Source of the DNA: an uncultured Anaerolineaceae bacterium
GTDB taxonomy: Bacteria; Chloroflexota; Anaerolineae; Anaerolineales; E44-bin32
Reading direction: 5' to 3'
Length of the DNA: 54,092 nt
NCBI GenBank assembly: GCA_964353875.1
Contig: CAYGXU010000009.1
Location: 1-54,092 of the forward strand
The translations under genes were made by a program, and so were the position numbers. Shown here piece after piece: positions 43,968 through 53,832 of this stretch (position 1 is the stretch's first letter; the number at the start of each line of letters is the position of its first letter). The notes under the pieces are model-generated. The model worked only from the letters and a program-made list of their open reading frames with translations, was not told where the DNA came from and searched no databases.

Positions 43968-45029
43968 CTATTGGATCCAAACGGAACCCAAATCGACAGC
44001 AGGATCGTTGGTAAGATTGGTAAGCCCACTGCCATCGGTGTTGATCAGGAAAATATCGACATTGCCATCCCGTTCTGAGTGGAAGAGGATACTTTTTCCG
44101 TCGGGTGACCACGTGAAATCGCCTTCTGGGGCATCCTGCGCAGGGTGATTGGTTAAATTGACTTCATTTTCCCCATTGGCGTCAATGACATATACATCCG
44201 CATTTTCATCGCGGTAAGAGACAAATGCGATCTGCTTCCCATCAGGCGACCAAACAGGAAATCCATCGAAACCCTCACTGGTTGTAACACGGGTAACATT
44301 CTCTCCATTCGTATCCATCAAATAAATATCCACATTGCCGTCATGTTCCGAGGTAAATGCGATTTTCTTTCCATCCGGAGACCAATCAGCCAGTGCGCTG
44401 GAATATTCGATATCGGTTAGCCGAGTCGTTTGCGAACCATCCACTGGAGTCACATAAAGCGCTGGCCGGTCTTCGCGAGTGGAGGTAAAGAGCACAAATT
44501 TGCTATCGGGGGACCAATCCGAGAAACGATTGGCTGATAAGTCATTGGTCAGATTACGCACGTTGCCTGTCCTAATTTCCACCAGATAGATATCCGATTG
44601 ACCGGAAGCACCACTGTCAAAAGCCAGCCAATCACCATTCGGCGACCAAAATGGAGCGACGGGGATGATGGGCATATCTTCCGCCAAGGCGATTAACTTC
44701 TTTCCGCTCGCATCCATCCTGTAGAGCGAGAGCGTCTCTGTATCACGGGATGAAAGAAAGGCGATGGATCGCAGCTTTCGCGACCAACTTGGCATCCCAT
44801 CCTGTGCTTCGTTACCTGTCAGATTCACTAAATCAGACCCGTCTGGATTCATCACATACAATTCATAATTCCCTTCGCGATTGCTCATAAAAGCAATTTT
44901 TTCTGGGAGGAACCGATCTTTTATCAGCAGAAAAACAACGAATTGTAAAAGAAAGAGAGCAGCGACAAAAAACAGAGGGCGGAATTTTCTAAACTTATTC
45001 TTTGTTTCTTTTTGAGCTGTATCCAGCAT
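43968..45029 (-). CDS. PD40 (TolB-like WD40 beta-propeller repeat) protein with an N-terminal TM anchor
   Basis: Repeated WSPDGK.IAF.S.RDGN.DIY units, with an N-terminal FFVAALFLLQFVVFLL segment. Confidence 0.8.
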   Translation of the reverse strand: MLDTAQKETKNKFRKFRPLFFVAALFLLQFVVFLLIKDRFLPEKIAFMSNREGNYELYVMNPDGSDLVNLTGNEAQDGMPSWSRKLRSIAFLSSRDTETLSLYRMDASGKKLIALAEDMPIIPVAPFWSPNGDWLAFDSGASGQSDIYLVEIRTGNVRNLTNDLSANRFSDWSPDSKFVLFTSTREDRPALYVTPVDGSQTTRLTDIEYSSALADWSPDGKKIAFTSEHDGNVDIYLMDTNGENVTRVTTSEGFDGFPVWSPDGKQIAFVSYRDENADVYVIDANGENEVNLTNHPAQDAPEGDFTWSPDGKSILFHSERDGNVDIFLINTDGSGLTNLTNDPAVDLGSVWIQ

Positions 45030-45073
45030 GGTTCATCACCTTTCTGCAATCCAGCTGACACCCCCTCGGTACC

Positions 45074-45181
45074 GGGTGTATTCCATTTTGATGTTGCGTG
45101 CTACCTTTGGTGTTGAGGGAGGGGCAGTGACCCAACTCTCATCACGGGAGTACAAGATGCAACACTCTATGGAATACACCC
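45074..45181. repeat. Long imperfect inverted repeat / extended hairpin
   Basis: Perfect 13-nt arms GGGTGTATTCCAT (45074..45086) and ATGGAATACACCC (45169..45181). Further interior pairing includes TGTTGC/GCAACA and GTGtTGAG/CTCaTCAC. Confidence 0.5.
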
Positions 45182-45377
45182 CTGCATATACTTATTTTCT
45201 GGATGGAAACGTCATAAATTGTACAATAGATTCTTCATTCAGTTCGCTATTATGCAAACGATGCCCACACTGCAGATGAAGGAGCCATCTTTGAGGAAAT
45301 CCGCCTATTAATTCATACCCGAAGGTCACTGCAATTGCCCATCTAGTATACCAGCAGAGTCTGTCTCCATAGCAGGT

Positions 45378-46895
45378 CTAGAGTAACCGTCGGGGACGAT
45401 ATTGCAGCGCCTCAGCCAAATGGGTAGTTGAGATGCCCTCCTCACCACTTAGATCTGCGATCGTCCGAGCCAGTTTGAGGACGCGATGAAAGGCACGTGC
45501 AGTAAGCTGAAGTTGATTCATTGCCTGTCGAATCAGCGTCCTACTCTGGTCGTTTAAAGGGCAATACTTTCGGACTTCTCCCGGACCCATATCTGCATTG
45601 CAGGTGAAATCCGTCCCTGCAAAGCGCTCTCGCTGTCGTTCGCGAGCTGTTTCCACCCGTTTCCGGATCACGGCTGATGGCTCACCCAGGCGGTCATCGG
45701 TTAGTTTCTCGAAGTCCACTCTGGGCACTTCAACATGAATGTCAATCCGATCGAGTAGTGGCCCCGATATCCGTTTTTGGTAGCGCGTGACCATGGCCGA
45801 AGAACAGCTGCACTCTTTCACGGGATCGCCATAATAACCGCATGGACAAGGATTCATCGCTCCCACAAGCATGAAATTGGCTGGAAAGGAATGCGATCCG
45901 CGCGCGCGGCTGATGGTCACCACCTTATCTTCCAAAGGCTGACGTAATACTTCGAGCACACGCATGCCAAACTCGGGGAGTTCGTCCAGGAAAAGTACAC
46001 CGCGGTGTGCCAGCGAAATCTCCCCTGGTCTGGGCCATGAACCGCCCCCGACCAATCCGGCATGAGAGATGGTGTGATGAGGGCCGCGAAAGGGACGGTT
46101 TTGGAGCAAGGGTAAGCCCCCAGGCAGTTGATCGGCCACGGAATAGATTCGGGTCACATCCAGAGCCTCTTCGATCGTCATCTTCGGCATAATAGAAGGC
46201 AACCCTCTGGCAAGCAATGTCTTTCCTGCGCCCGGCGGGCCGACTAAGAGCACATTATGCCCCCCGGCTGCCGCCACCTCTAATGCCCGTTTCACATGTT
46301 CCTGACCCTTGATCTCACTGAAATCCGTGTGAATCATTTCCATCACTTCTTCTGATTTCTGACCTTTGAAGGGGGGGATGGGCACTACGTCGGAGAGGTG
46401 ATTGACCAAGGCTGTCAGAGATTCGACCGGAATCACTTCGATATTGGGGAGGAGTACCGCTTCGGCCGCATCCTCCTTTGGCACCAGGATTCGTCTGAAA
46501 CCTTCCTGACGCGCAAGGGCGGTCATCGGCAACACCCCACGCACATGCCTCAAAGAGCCATCTAGAGAGAGCTCTCCCACTGCCAATGAACCTTCCAGGC
46601 TCTCGGGGCGGACCTGTCCGGATGCTACCAATGCGCCTAACGCAATGGGAAGATCGTAGGCGGGGCCTTCCTTCCGTAAGGCGGCTGGCGCAAGGTTCAC
46701 CGTCACTCGTTGGCGCGGGAACACCAGGCCAGAATTTTTCACTGCCGCTTGCACGCGTTCTCGGCTTTCTTGAACCGCGATATCAGGAAGGCCAACAATC
46801 GTGAAGGAGGGAAGTCCACGCGAAGTATCGACTTCGACTTCGACAATCGCCCCCTCCATCCCGATAATGGCGCAAGAATGGACCTTCGCGAGCAT
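45378..46895 (-). CDS. comM: YifB/ComM family Mg-chelatase-like AAA+ ATPase
   Basis: N-terminal Lon-protease-like ChlI domain, Walker A GPPGAGKT, Walker B LFLDELPEF, and a Cys cluster (NPCPCGYYGDPVKECSC). Confidence 0.95.
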   Translation of the reverse strand: MLAKVHSCAIIGMEGAIVEVEVDTSRGLPSFTIVGLPDIAVQESRERVQAAVKNSGLVFPRQRVTVNLAPAALRKEGPAYDLPIALGALVASGQVRPESLEGSLAVGELSLDGSLRHVRGVLPMTALARQEGFRRILVPKEDAAEAVLLPNIEVIPVESLTALVNHLSDVVPIPPFKGQKSEEVMEMIHTDFSEIKGQEHVKRALEVAAAGGHNVLLVGPPGAGKTLLARGLPSIMPKMTIEEALDVTRIYSVADQLPGGLPLLQNRPFRGPHHTISHAGLVGGGSWPRPGEISLAHRGVLFLDELPEFGMRVLEVLRQPLEDKVVTISRARGSHSFPANFMLVGAMNPCPCGYYGDPVKECSCSSAMVTRYQKRISGPLLDRIDIHVEVPRVDFEKLTDDRLGEPSAVIRKRVETARERQRERFAGTDFTCNADMGPGEVRKYCPLNDQSRTLIRQAMNQLQLTARAFHRVLKLARTIADLSGEEGISTTHLAEALQYRPRRLL

Positions 46896-47130
46896 AAGAC
46901 CAGTCTAGATGAGAAGGTGTAGAAGGTCAAGGGAAACTCCGCATAACCAACGCATGTGCATAGTGATAACCAGGCGAGAGCAATGAATCTGATCTTATGC
47001 GGAATGCGATCAGCTCTTCAGGCCTATGGTGCAATATGTATAGAAGGGTATCGCCCTTCAACCATGGGTTTATCGATGACCTTCATGCCCTGCTAATCAA
47101 GGATAGAATCACACCTATGCCATGAACGAT

Positions 47131-48537
47131 CTAAGCGCCCTCGTCCTTACTCAGACGTGAGAGCGCGCTCCGACTAAACTGCCAGAGGAAAATGGTTTGT
47201 ACGATGGCTCCAATGCTAAAGGCCGACCACCCCAGATAGAGCCCTATCACCTCTCCCCTCATGACCCCCACCCATAGCACAACCCCTGCAACCAGGAGGA
47301 ATGCAGCAACCGATATCGTAATACTTCTCGTTTGGCGCAAGTACAACAGGATTCCCTGGAAAAGGCTTTGTACTGCATTTAAAGCCGGCAGGGGCAAAGC
47401 GAACCAAAGCGCAGTCGCTCCAAGGGAAGCCAATTTCGGGTTGAGTGCCGAAATCCAAACAAACCATACTTTTGAAAGTGGTGTGCAGCCAACCAATATC
47501 ATGAAGGACGTTGTGAGAAAAACCAAATAGAATGTAAAACGTTTCAGGCTCGGATACGATTTGGGCTTATCCAGCAACGCCACCACGACTTCGTTGTAAG
47601 CAACACCAAGGCTTCGTAATAGGAATACCAATCCGGAAAGGACTGGCCAAACTGCAAGGGAAGCCAAAGCCTCTGGCATCCTACTCAAGGCCGCGCTGCC
47701 CAATGGCTGGATCATCATGGTCAGCAAAGAAGTCATGACCAAGGGGAAATAATAATCAAGAAAGGAACGCACCGTCACCCCATCTGGCACTGGCGTTGCC
47801 AGTTTCACCTGGTTATCCAGGACAGGTCGTACTCGCAAACCCGCATATAGCGCTTCACTCAGCACACCGCAGGAAACGGCCACACCCGCTACCGCAATCC
47901 CAGGAATGGTCCCAATCCAATATCCAAGAGCCAAGACCAATCCGTCTGTGATGAGTCGAACGAGCGTCCCCCAGCCAACGACTTTGGTATGTCCAAAACG
48001 GATCAGGACACCTTGATTGAAACGACGGTAAGCAATCGACCATGTCCAGGGAAGCATCAGCCGCAAACCGATTCGCGCGGGTTCTACAATCTCCGCTGGT
48101 GGATTAATTAAACCGACGACAATCAGGTCAAAAAGGGGCGTGAAAGAGATCAAGAAATGCAGCAATGTGAGAGAGCCTCCCATGACCATCATGAAACGTC
48201 TTAACTGCTGATAGGAACCCCAATCTTTGCTTAATGCCGTTGAAACTGCCAAAAGCATGATGATTGGAGCTTCGATCAGCATGGATACCGGAAAGACGAC
48301 CCCGCCCCAGGCTGCAAGGTTTATTTCAGGAGAGGGCAGACGCGCGACAACTGCGCTCAATGCAGGCAATTCAAATGCCATTAGAATCCAACTGGCGGCC
48401 AAAGGCCACCAGGTACGGAAGACATTTGACAATGGCAGAATCGGATCTTGGCACTCATCGTCGGTCTTAGAATTTCTCCTCTTGAACCAATCCTTGAGGC
48501 CAGATCCCCTGCTGTTTGGGATGTGCTCTGAACGCAT
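47131..48537 (-). CDS. Multi-pass membrane protein, MATE/MOP-superfamily exporter-like
   Basis: 468 aa with about 12 TM segments in two halves. The family call rests on overall architecture only. Confidence 0.5.
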   Translation of the reverse strand: MRSEHIPNSRGSGLKDWFKRRNSKTDDECQDPILPLSNVFRTWWPLAASWILMAFELPALSAVVARLPSPEINLAAWGGVVFPVSMLIEAPIIMLLAVSTALSKDWGSYQQLRRFMMVMGGSLTLLHFLISFTPLFDLIVVGLINPPAEIVEPARIGLRLMLPWTWSIAYRRFNQGVLIRFGHTKVVGWGTLVRLITDGLVLALGYWIGTIPGIAVAGVAVSCGVLSEALYAGLRVRPVLDNQVKLATPVPDGVTVRSFLDYYFPLVMTSLLTMMIQPLGSAALSRMPEALASLAVWPVLSGLVFLLRSLGVAYNEVVVALLDKPKSYPSLKRFTFYLVFLTTSFMILVGCTPLSKVWFVWISALNPKLASLGATALWFALPLPALNAVQSLFQGILLYLRQTRSITISVAAFLLVAGVVLWVGVMRGEVIGLYLGWSAFSIGAIVQTIFLWQFSRSALSRLSKDEGA

Positions 48538-49094
48538 TACTTTTGATAAATTTCTCTTTTTAACTCGGCAATATAAGGAAGTGTTCGATACGTGTCAGCA
48601 TAATCGAGGCCATATCCAACTACCCATACATTGGGGATTTCGAATCCAATGTATTCTATGGGGACATCGACTGCATTACGATATTTGCGCAATAGCACAC
48701 AAGTCTTCAACGAGGCTGGCTGACGCCCTCGGAGCAGACGATGCAGATAATGCAATGTAGATCCGGTATCAACGATGTCCTCTATAATCATTACATGCTC
48801 GCCTTCGATGGGGCGTCTTAAATCCATCAAAATCCGCACTTCACCTGTACTCTCGGCTGAACCACCATAACTTGAAAGCGCCATAAAATCTACTCGATGG
48901 GGGATGGTGAGATGCCGCGCCAGATCTGCTAGAAAAATAAAGGCGCCTTTCAAGATTCCTATCAGATTCAGACATTCGATGTCCGCATAATCCTGCGAGA
49001 TCTGCTGGGCGAGTTTTTGTACTCTTTCTTCGATCTCTTCTTTGGATATTAAAATTCGCTCAAGATCATCCTCTGGGTATGCCACCTGCTTCAC
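48537..49094 (-). CDS. hpt: Hypoxanthine phosphoribosyltransferase
   Basis: PRPP-binding motif VMIIEDIVDTGSTL, GYGLDY, 185 aa. Confidence 0.95.
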   Translation of the reverse strand: MKQVAYPEDDLERILISKEEIEERVQKLAQQISQDYADIECLNLIGILKGAFIFLADLARHLTIPHRVDFMALSSYGGSAESTGEVRILMDLRRPIEGEHVMIIEDIVDTGSTLHYLHRLLRGRQPASLKTCVLLRKYRNAVDVPIEYIGFEIPNVWVVGYGLDYADTYRTLPYIAELKREIYQK

Positions 49095-49670
49095 TCCTCA
49101 ATAAAATAATCGTTTCCTCCGCGATTGGATCGTGCGATCCTCAGGATGCTTTCTCATCCTGCCCAATAGCACTCAAAGGATTTTACTCCATTTCCCGAGA
49201 GAAGCCTTCGCTTAATGTCAGATGTCCGGATAGTTTCTTGGCTTTTATCACAACTACTTATCGCGGCGCATTCTTAATACAGGGAAGTGGAATATAAAAA
49301 CGCCGTGCTGAAAATTGCCTATCAATTACGCTATGAAAATCTTTCACACTCACGTATGGATCTGCAACTTTCATACACCCTCTCCCGGTTTTTGATCTCA
49401 CACCTTCTATCGTTCTTTTTTCCGCAATACTGATTGACTTCGACGAATGATCATTGCCGGATTTGACCGAGGATCTCATCAGCCCGCTGCATCTCTTTAG
49501 ATGTTAGAGAGCCGAAATCGATCGCAGCCATGCCGACTTTTGCTTGCTCGACTGTTTTGATTGCGTGGATAGGAATTTCTCTCCGACAACTGCTCATCAC
49601 TCCAGATGGATATGAATCAACTCTTCCACACGCGTCAGAAATCCATTCGACATAAACTATGACATCACGA

Positions 49671-50756
49671 TCAAACCGAAACGGGATACCAAATGCAATC
49701 TTGCTCTAACGCCCAATCAGGAAAACCTTCTTTCCTCAGAAAATAACTGCAATAGAGATCTGCTAATTGGAGATAACGTTCACCTCCATGCTCAGCCAAT
49801 GCCACCAGCAAAGCAACCTGAGCGACGTCCGCCAGGGTGGCCAGCGTTTCTTTCCCACGCCATTGTGCCCTTTCCAATGGTAAAGTCGAAACCTGATCGA
49901 TTGTCTTCTCCAGAATCTCACGGGCAAATTGAATCTGGGGCGATTTGACCGCTATCAAGATGGGAAGCATGTCATCCAGAAAGGCCTCATGAGCCCCTTT
50001 CTTCGCCATGACTTCCAGCAGTTCTAGCGCCTGGATATTGCTCGTACCTTCCCAAATGGGTGTGATCAGCGCTTCTCGATGCAAGCGTGCAACCGCATAT
50101 TCATCCAGAAAGCCCAGCCCCCCGAATAATTCCATCGCCAATTGAGTAACCGTGGCAGCATGATCCGCAGTCCGGTTCTTGGCGAGGTGGGAGAGGAAAC
50201 GGGCGTAGTGATATTGAGGGCTATAAGGAGGGCGATCGTGCCAGGCTTTTTGGAAAGCATCCACGGCGTGGAAGACCAGCGCCAACCCACCTGCTGTGCG
50301 TACCGCAATCTCTGTTAAATCGCGACGGATGAGGACATGTTGCAGCAGTTCCTTTCCGAAGGCGGATCGGGCTTTTACTCGCTGGAGTGTCTCCAGATGG
50401 GCCTTGCGTGACAGCCCCATGGCACCGATAGCATTGGCAAGCCGTGAGACGGTGAGGGTCTCCATCGTATAATAAATCCCCTCCTCTGCCTTGCCAATTA
50501 AATAAGCTTCACTCCCTTGTAGTTCAACTTCTCCCGTAGGAACTGCACGTGTGGCGCTCTTGCGTTTGAATCGTCGGACGCGGTAATTCAGATTCCCTTC
50601 TCGATCGAGTCGAGGGACGAGGAACATCGCCATGCTGTTCCCACTCCGGCCAGTAACGTCCCAGGATAAATTAAAGATCAGGTTCGAGCTGCCAATGGTT
50701 CTTCCCATAGATGTAGGACTGATATTGCATCGTTCTTGCCTCCCCTTTTTAGACAA
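49671..50756 (-). pseudogene. Acyl-CoA dehydrogenase family (AidB-like) gene lacking the N-terminal domain, probably a truncated remnant
   Basis: The middle and C-terminal ACAD regions are recognisable (MFLVPR..., FGK.L..H..IR, LFGGLGFLDEY..ARLHREALITPIWEGTSNI). The roughly 200 N-terminal residues expected upstream are absent, and only 180 nt separate the ORF from the next gene. Confidence 0.55.
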
Positions 50757-50936
50757 TAGCCATTTCAGATAGAATGGAAGAGAGGAAACGAGGCATGGTT
50801 TCCTGGATAGATGGGGCTCAATTCTCTTCCCTCTGCCATCCGGATACAGGAATCCTTAGCTCTAATCCTCTCCTCACCATTAACTTCAGAGATTGTCCAA
50901 AGGAACTTATCCCCCCCGAGAAATTTATCAGATTGC

Positions 50937-51341
50937 TTATGGATGCGGGAAACGTTTATCTAAAATCCCAAGCAATTCCGCGACCCGTTTCAAAATTGGT
51001 CGAAATGTCGCTTGCACAAGAACATCGGGTGGAAGACCGATCGATAGATAACGATCCTGCTTGATCATGACCATTAAGTATTGACGAGTAGAACCAGCGA
51101 TATTCACATAGCGCAATTGTCCTCCCATCACTTCATCTAATACGCGCTCAGCGACCATCACCGCCGCAGCTGTAATCCCTGCAATCCCATCCGGATTTAC
51201 ATCGGGTTTGGCAGGGACACAGCCCATCACCAAGCCATTTTGCTCCACTAAAGCAATCCATTGGGTATGGGGAATATCGCGCGCAAGCAACGCGAGCACA
51301 CGTAGAAGTTCCTCTTCGCGGGTGATAGATTCAGGGTGCAT
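50937..51341 (-). CDS. Roadblock/LC7 (MglB-like) domain protein
   Basis: 134 aa with the Robl_LC7-like pattern (..WIALVEQNGLVMG....AGITAAAVMVAERV...Y..IAGSTRQYLMV). Confidence 0.7.
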   Translation of the reverse strand: MHPESITREEELLRVLALLARDIPHTQWIALVEQNGLVMGCVPAKPDVNPDGIAGITAAAVMVAERVLDEVMGGQLRYVNIAGSTRQYLMVMIKQDRYLSIGLPPDVLVQATFRPILKRVAELLGILDKRFPHP

Positions 51342-51891
51342 GGCTCATCTTCGCTCCATTAACTATTCACCCCTTAGATTATCCTTTCTGTCCCCTGAAA
51401 GCAAGTCATCACACGCCTTCGTTTCCAGCTCTACAATCAAATAAAGCACCTCGGATACAATCGGTACAGGATATTTCTTGTGCATCCCTAACAACCACCC
51501 AAGCCCAAGGAAGATTGGCTGATGCTCGCCTTTAGGTTAAAATCACTCTAGTATGGATACCCTCACCTTTGGCTACTGCAGAGGATTCTGCGGCTTGTTC
51601 AGACTCGCAATCTGGATGGCGTTTCCTTATCCTATCGAGGGTTATAGGCTGGGAAGCGCTTCCCATGAAAGCCTTCCTTTCGCAACCATGGACCGGGCTG
51701 TATCAATCTTTTTTTCTGTATTCATCCAACAAGGCATCCTTTCTTGTCAGTTATGGAATAAAATGAAAAGAGTATTTCCGCAAGTGAGAGTATGTTTCCA
51801 TCCCTTCGCGGAACACTTCTGGATTTTCGAGTTCATCCCTCAATTTAAAAAGATCAGTTAAAATTGAACCGTTCAGCGCGAGAACAAAATA

Positions 51892-52830
51892 ATGAAATCA
51901 CCCAGTGAAGGACCCATTCTCGTCATCGGATCTTCAGGAGTGGATATCGTTGGACGTGCCTGTCAGGAGCTCAAACTGAGCACATCCAACCCAGCTCACT
52001 TGCGCGCCTCTCATGGGGGTGTAGCCCGAAATGTGGCCGAGAACCTTGCCCGTCTGGGGATGGATGTCCAGTTGATTACTGCCGTCGGGGACGACGATGC
52101 AGGTCATCGTCTACTTGACCAAGCTATTCAAGCCGGCATCGAAATTGAACACTCGTTAGTCTCCCCTGACATGCCAACTGGGACATACCTTGCAATTTTG
52201 GATGATCGTGGCAATTTACATGTGGGCCTTGACGATATGCGTGTTATTCAGGTCATCACACCTGAATATTTACGGCAACGGAAGGAGCTCTTCGCGGAAG
52301 CCCAGGCAGTTTTTGTTGATGGTAACCTACAACCTAAAACCCTTTCTCAAGCCATTCGTCTGGCAAGACAGGTCAAGGTCCCAATCGCGGCCGATCCTAC
52401 AACCATGAACCTGGCTCCTCTCTTCTGTAGGCATTTGAAAGATCTGTGGCTTCTAACGCCCAATGAGAACGAAGCAGAAGTACTTTGCCCTGTTTCCATT
52501 CCACATGCCGATACAGCCCGTGCAATCGAAGCAGCAAAGCACCTGGTCTCCGAAGGGGTGGAGATTGCCATCATCACGATGGCTGAGTTTGGTCTCGGCT
52601 ACGCCACCGCTTCCGCGAGCGGACATGTGCCTGCAATTCAGACTGAAATCCTTGATCCTACCGGGGCGGGCGACGCGCTCAGTGCGGCAGTGATTTTTGC
52701 GCTATTAAACGGAGTTCCCCTCGATGAAGCCGTGCGTCTGGGATTGTCAGCTGCCTCTCTTACATTAAAAACTGAAGGGACCGTCGTGCCTGATCTCTCC
52801 CTTGAACTCCTTTATGATCAATTTCTGTAG
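51892..52830 (+). CDS. psuK: PfkB-family carbohydrate kinase, probable pseudouridine kinase
   Basis: VIGSSGVDIVG...NP....SHGGVARNVAENLARLG resembles YeiC. It has the PfkB signature DPTGAGDA and lies directly upstream of psuG. Confidence 0.8.
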   Translation: MKSPSEGPILVIGSSGVDIVGRACQELKLSTSNPAHLRASHGGVARNVAENLARLGMDVQLITAVGDDDAGHRLLDQAIQAGIEIEHSLVSPDMPTGTYLAILDDRGNLHVGLDDMRVIQVITPEYLRQRKELFAEAQAVFVDGNLQPKTLSQAIRLARQVKVPIAADPTTMNLAPLFCRHLKDLWLLTPNENEAEVLCPVSIPHADTARAIEAAKHLVSEGVEIAIITMAEFGLGYATASASGHVPAIQTEILDPTGAGDALSAAVIFALLNGVPLDEAVRLGLSAASLTLKTEGTVVPDLSLELLYDQFL

Positions 52831-52923
52831 GCGCGATGTTGACCACCCTAAATAATATGAAAACGAAAACCGACCGACGCGCCCAACCGAACAGAAAACC
52901 AATCCTTAAATAATGAGGTCAAC

Positions 52924-53832
52924 ATGACTTTCTCGCATCCTTCCTGGTTGCAGCTTTCGCCACCCGTTTATAATGCCCTGCAAGCTCATCAGCCTATCCT
53001 TGCGCTCGAATCGAGCGCCATCACCCATGGATTACCAAAACCTGTCAACTTGGAACTCAGCGCGAAGCTGCTCCATGTCATCCACTCGGTCGGTGTAGAG
53101 CCTGCGATGGCAGCTGTGCTACGCGGACGGATATGTCTGGGCCTTCTTCCGGAAGAATTGGAGCAATTGGCTTTGGCTATGGATGTGTACAAGATCAGTC
53201 GACGCGATTTTGGCGTGGCGAGGGCGAACCGTAGAACCGGAGGGACCACAGTCTCCGGGACGATGGTCATCGCCCATGCAGCCGGAATTCAGATATTTGC
53301 GACGGGCGGAATCGGAGGAGTCCATCGTGGGGAAAGCGGAGACATATCCAGTGACTTGATGGAACTGGCACAAACTCCAATCGCAGTCATCTGCTCAGGA
53401 GCGAAGTCGATTCTCGACTTGCCGCGGACATTGGAATATTTAGAGACGGTTTCTGTCCCGGTCCTGGGGTGGCAAACGGAGGAGTTCCCGGCTTTCTTTT
53501 CGCGTAGCAGCGATTTACCCGTCAATGCACGCGTGGACAGTGTAACGGATGTGGCCAATATCCTGCACGCCCACTGGGAGATGGGATTAAACGGCCTCTT
53601 GATCTGTGTTCCCTGTCCGGAAGAGGTCGCCCTCCCGGCAGATGTTGTTGAGCAGGCTCTGAGCCAAGCAGAATCTGAAGCCGAGGCCCAAGGAATCAAG
53701 GGCAATGATTTGACACCGTTTCTCCTCAACCGCCTGGCCGAGATCACCGATGGAGCGACTCTGCGCGCCAATCTTGCCCTTTTACGCAACAACGCATTGA
53801 TCGGCGCCCAAATCGCCAAGGCGATGATCTGA
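52924..53832 (+). CDS. psuG: Pseudouridine-5'-phosphate glycosidase
   Basis: ALESSAITHGLPKP, GGTTVSGTM, FATGGIGGVHRG and CSGAKSILD motifs typical of the YeiN/IndA family. Confidence 0.9.
   Translation: MTFSHPSWLQLSPPVYNALQAHQPILALESSAITHGLPKPVNLELSAKLLHVIHSVGVEPAMAAVLRGRICLGLLPEELEQLALAMDVYKISRRDFGVARANRRTGGTTVSGTMVIAHAAGIQIFATGGIGGVHRGESGDISSDLMELAQTPIAVICSGAKSILDLPRTLEYLETVSVPVLGWQTEEFPAFFSRSSDLPVNARVDSVTDVANILHAHWEMGLNGLLICVPCPEEVALPADVVEQALSQAESEAEAQGIKGNDLTPFLLNRLAEITDGATLRANLALLRNNALIGAQIAKAMI

Noticed and set aside
49095-49300. Purine riboswitch upstream of hpt
   Set aside because: The minus-strand leader contains a 7-bp hairpin (49141-49160) but none of the conserved purine-riboswitch junction sequences (UAUAAU...GUUUCUACC...CCGUAAAU).
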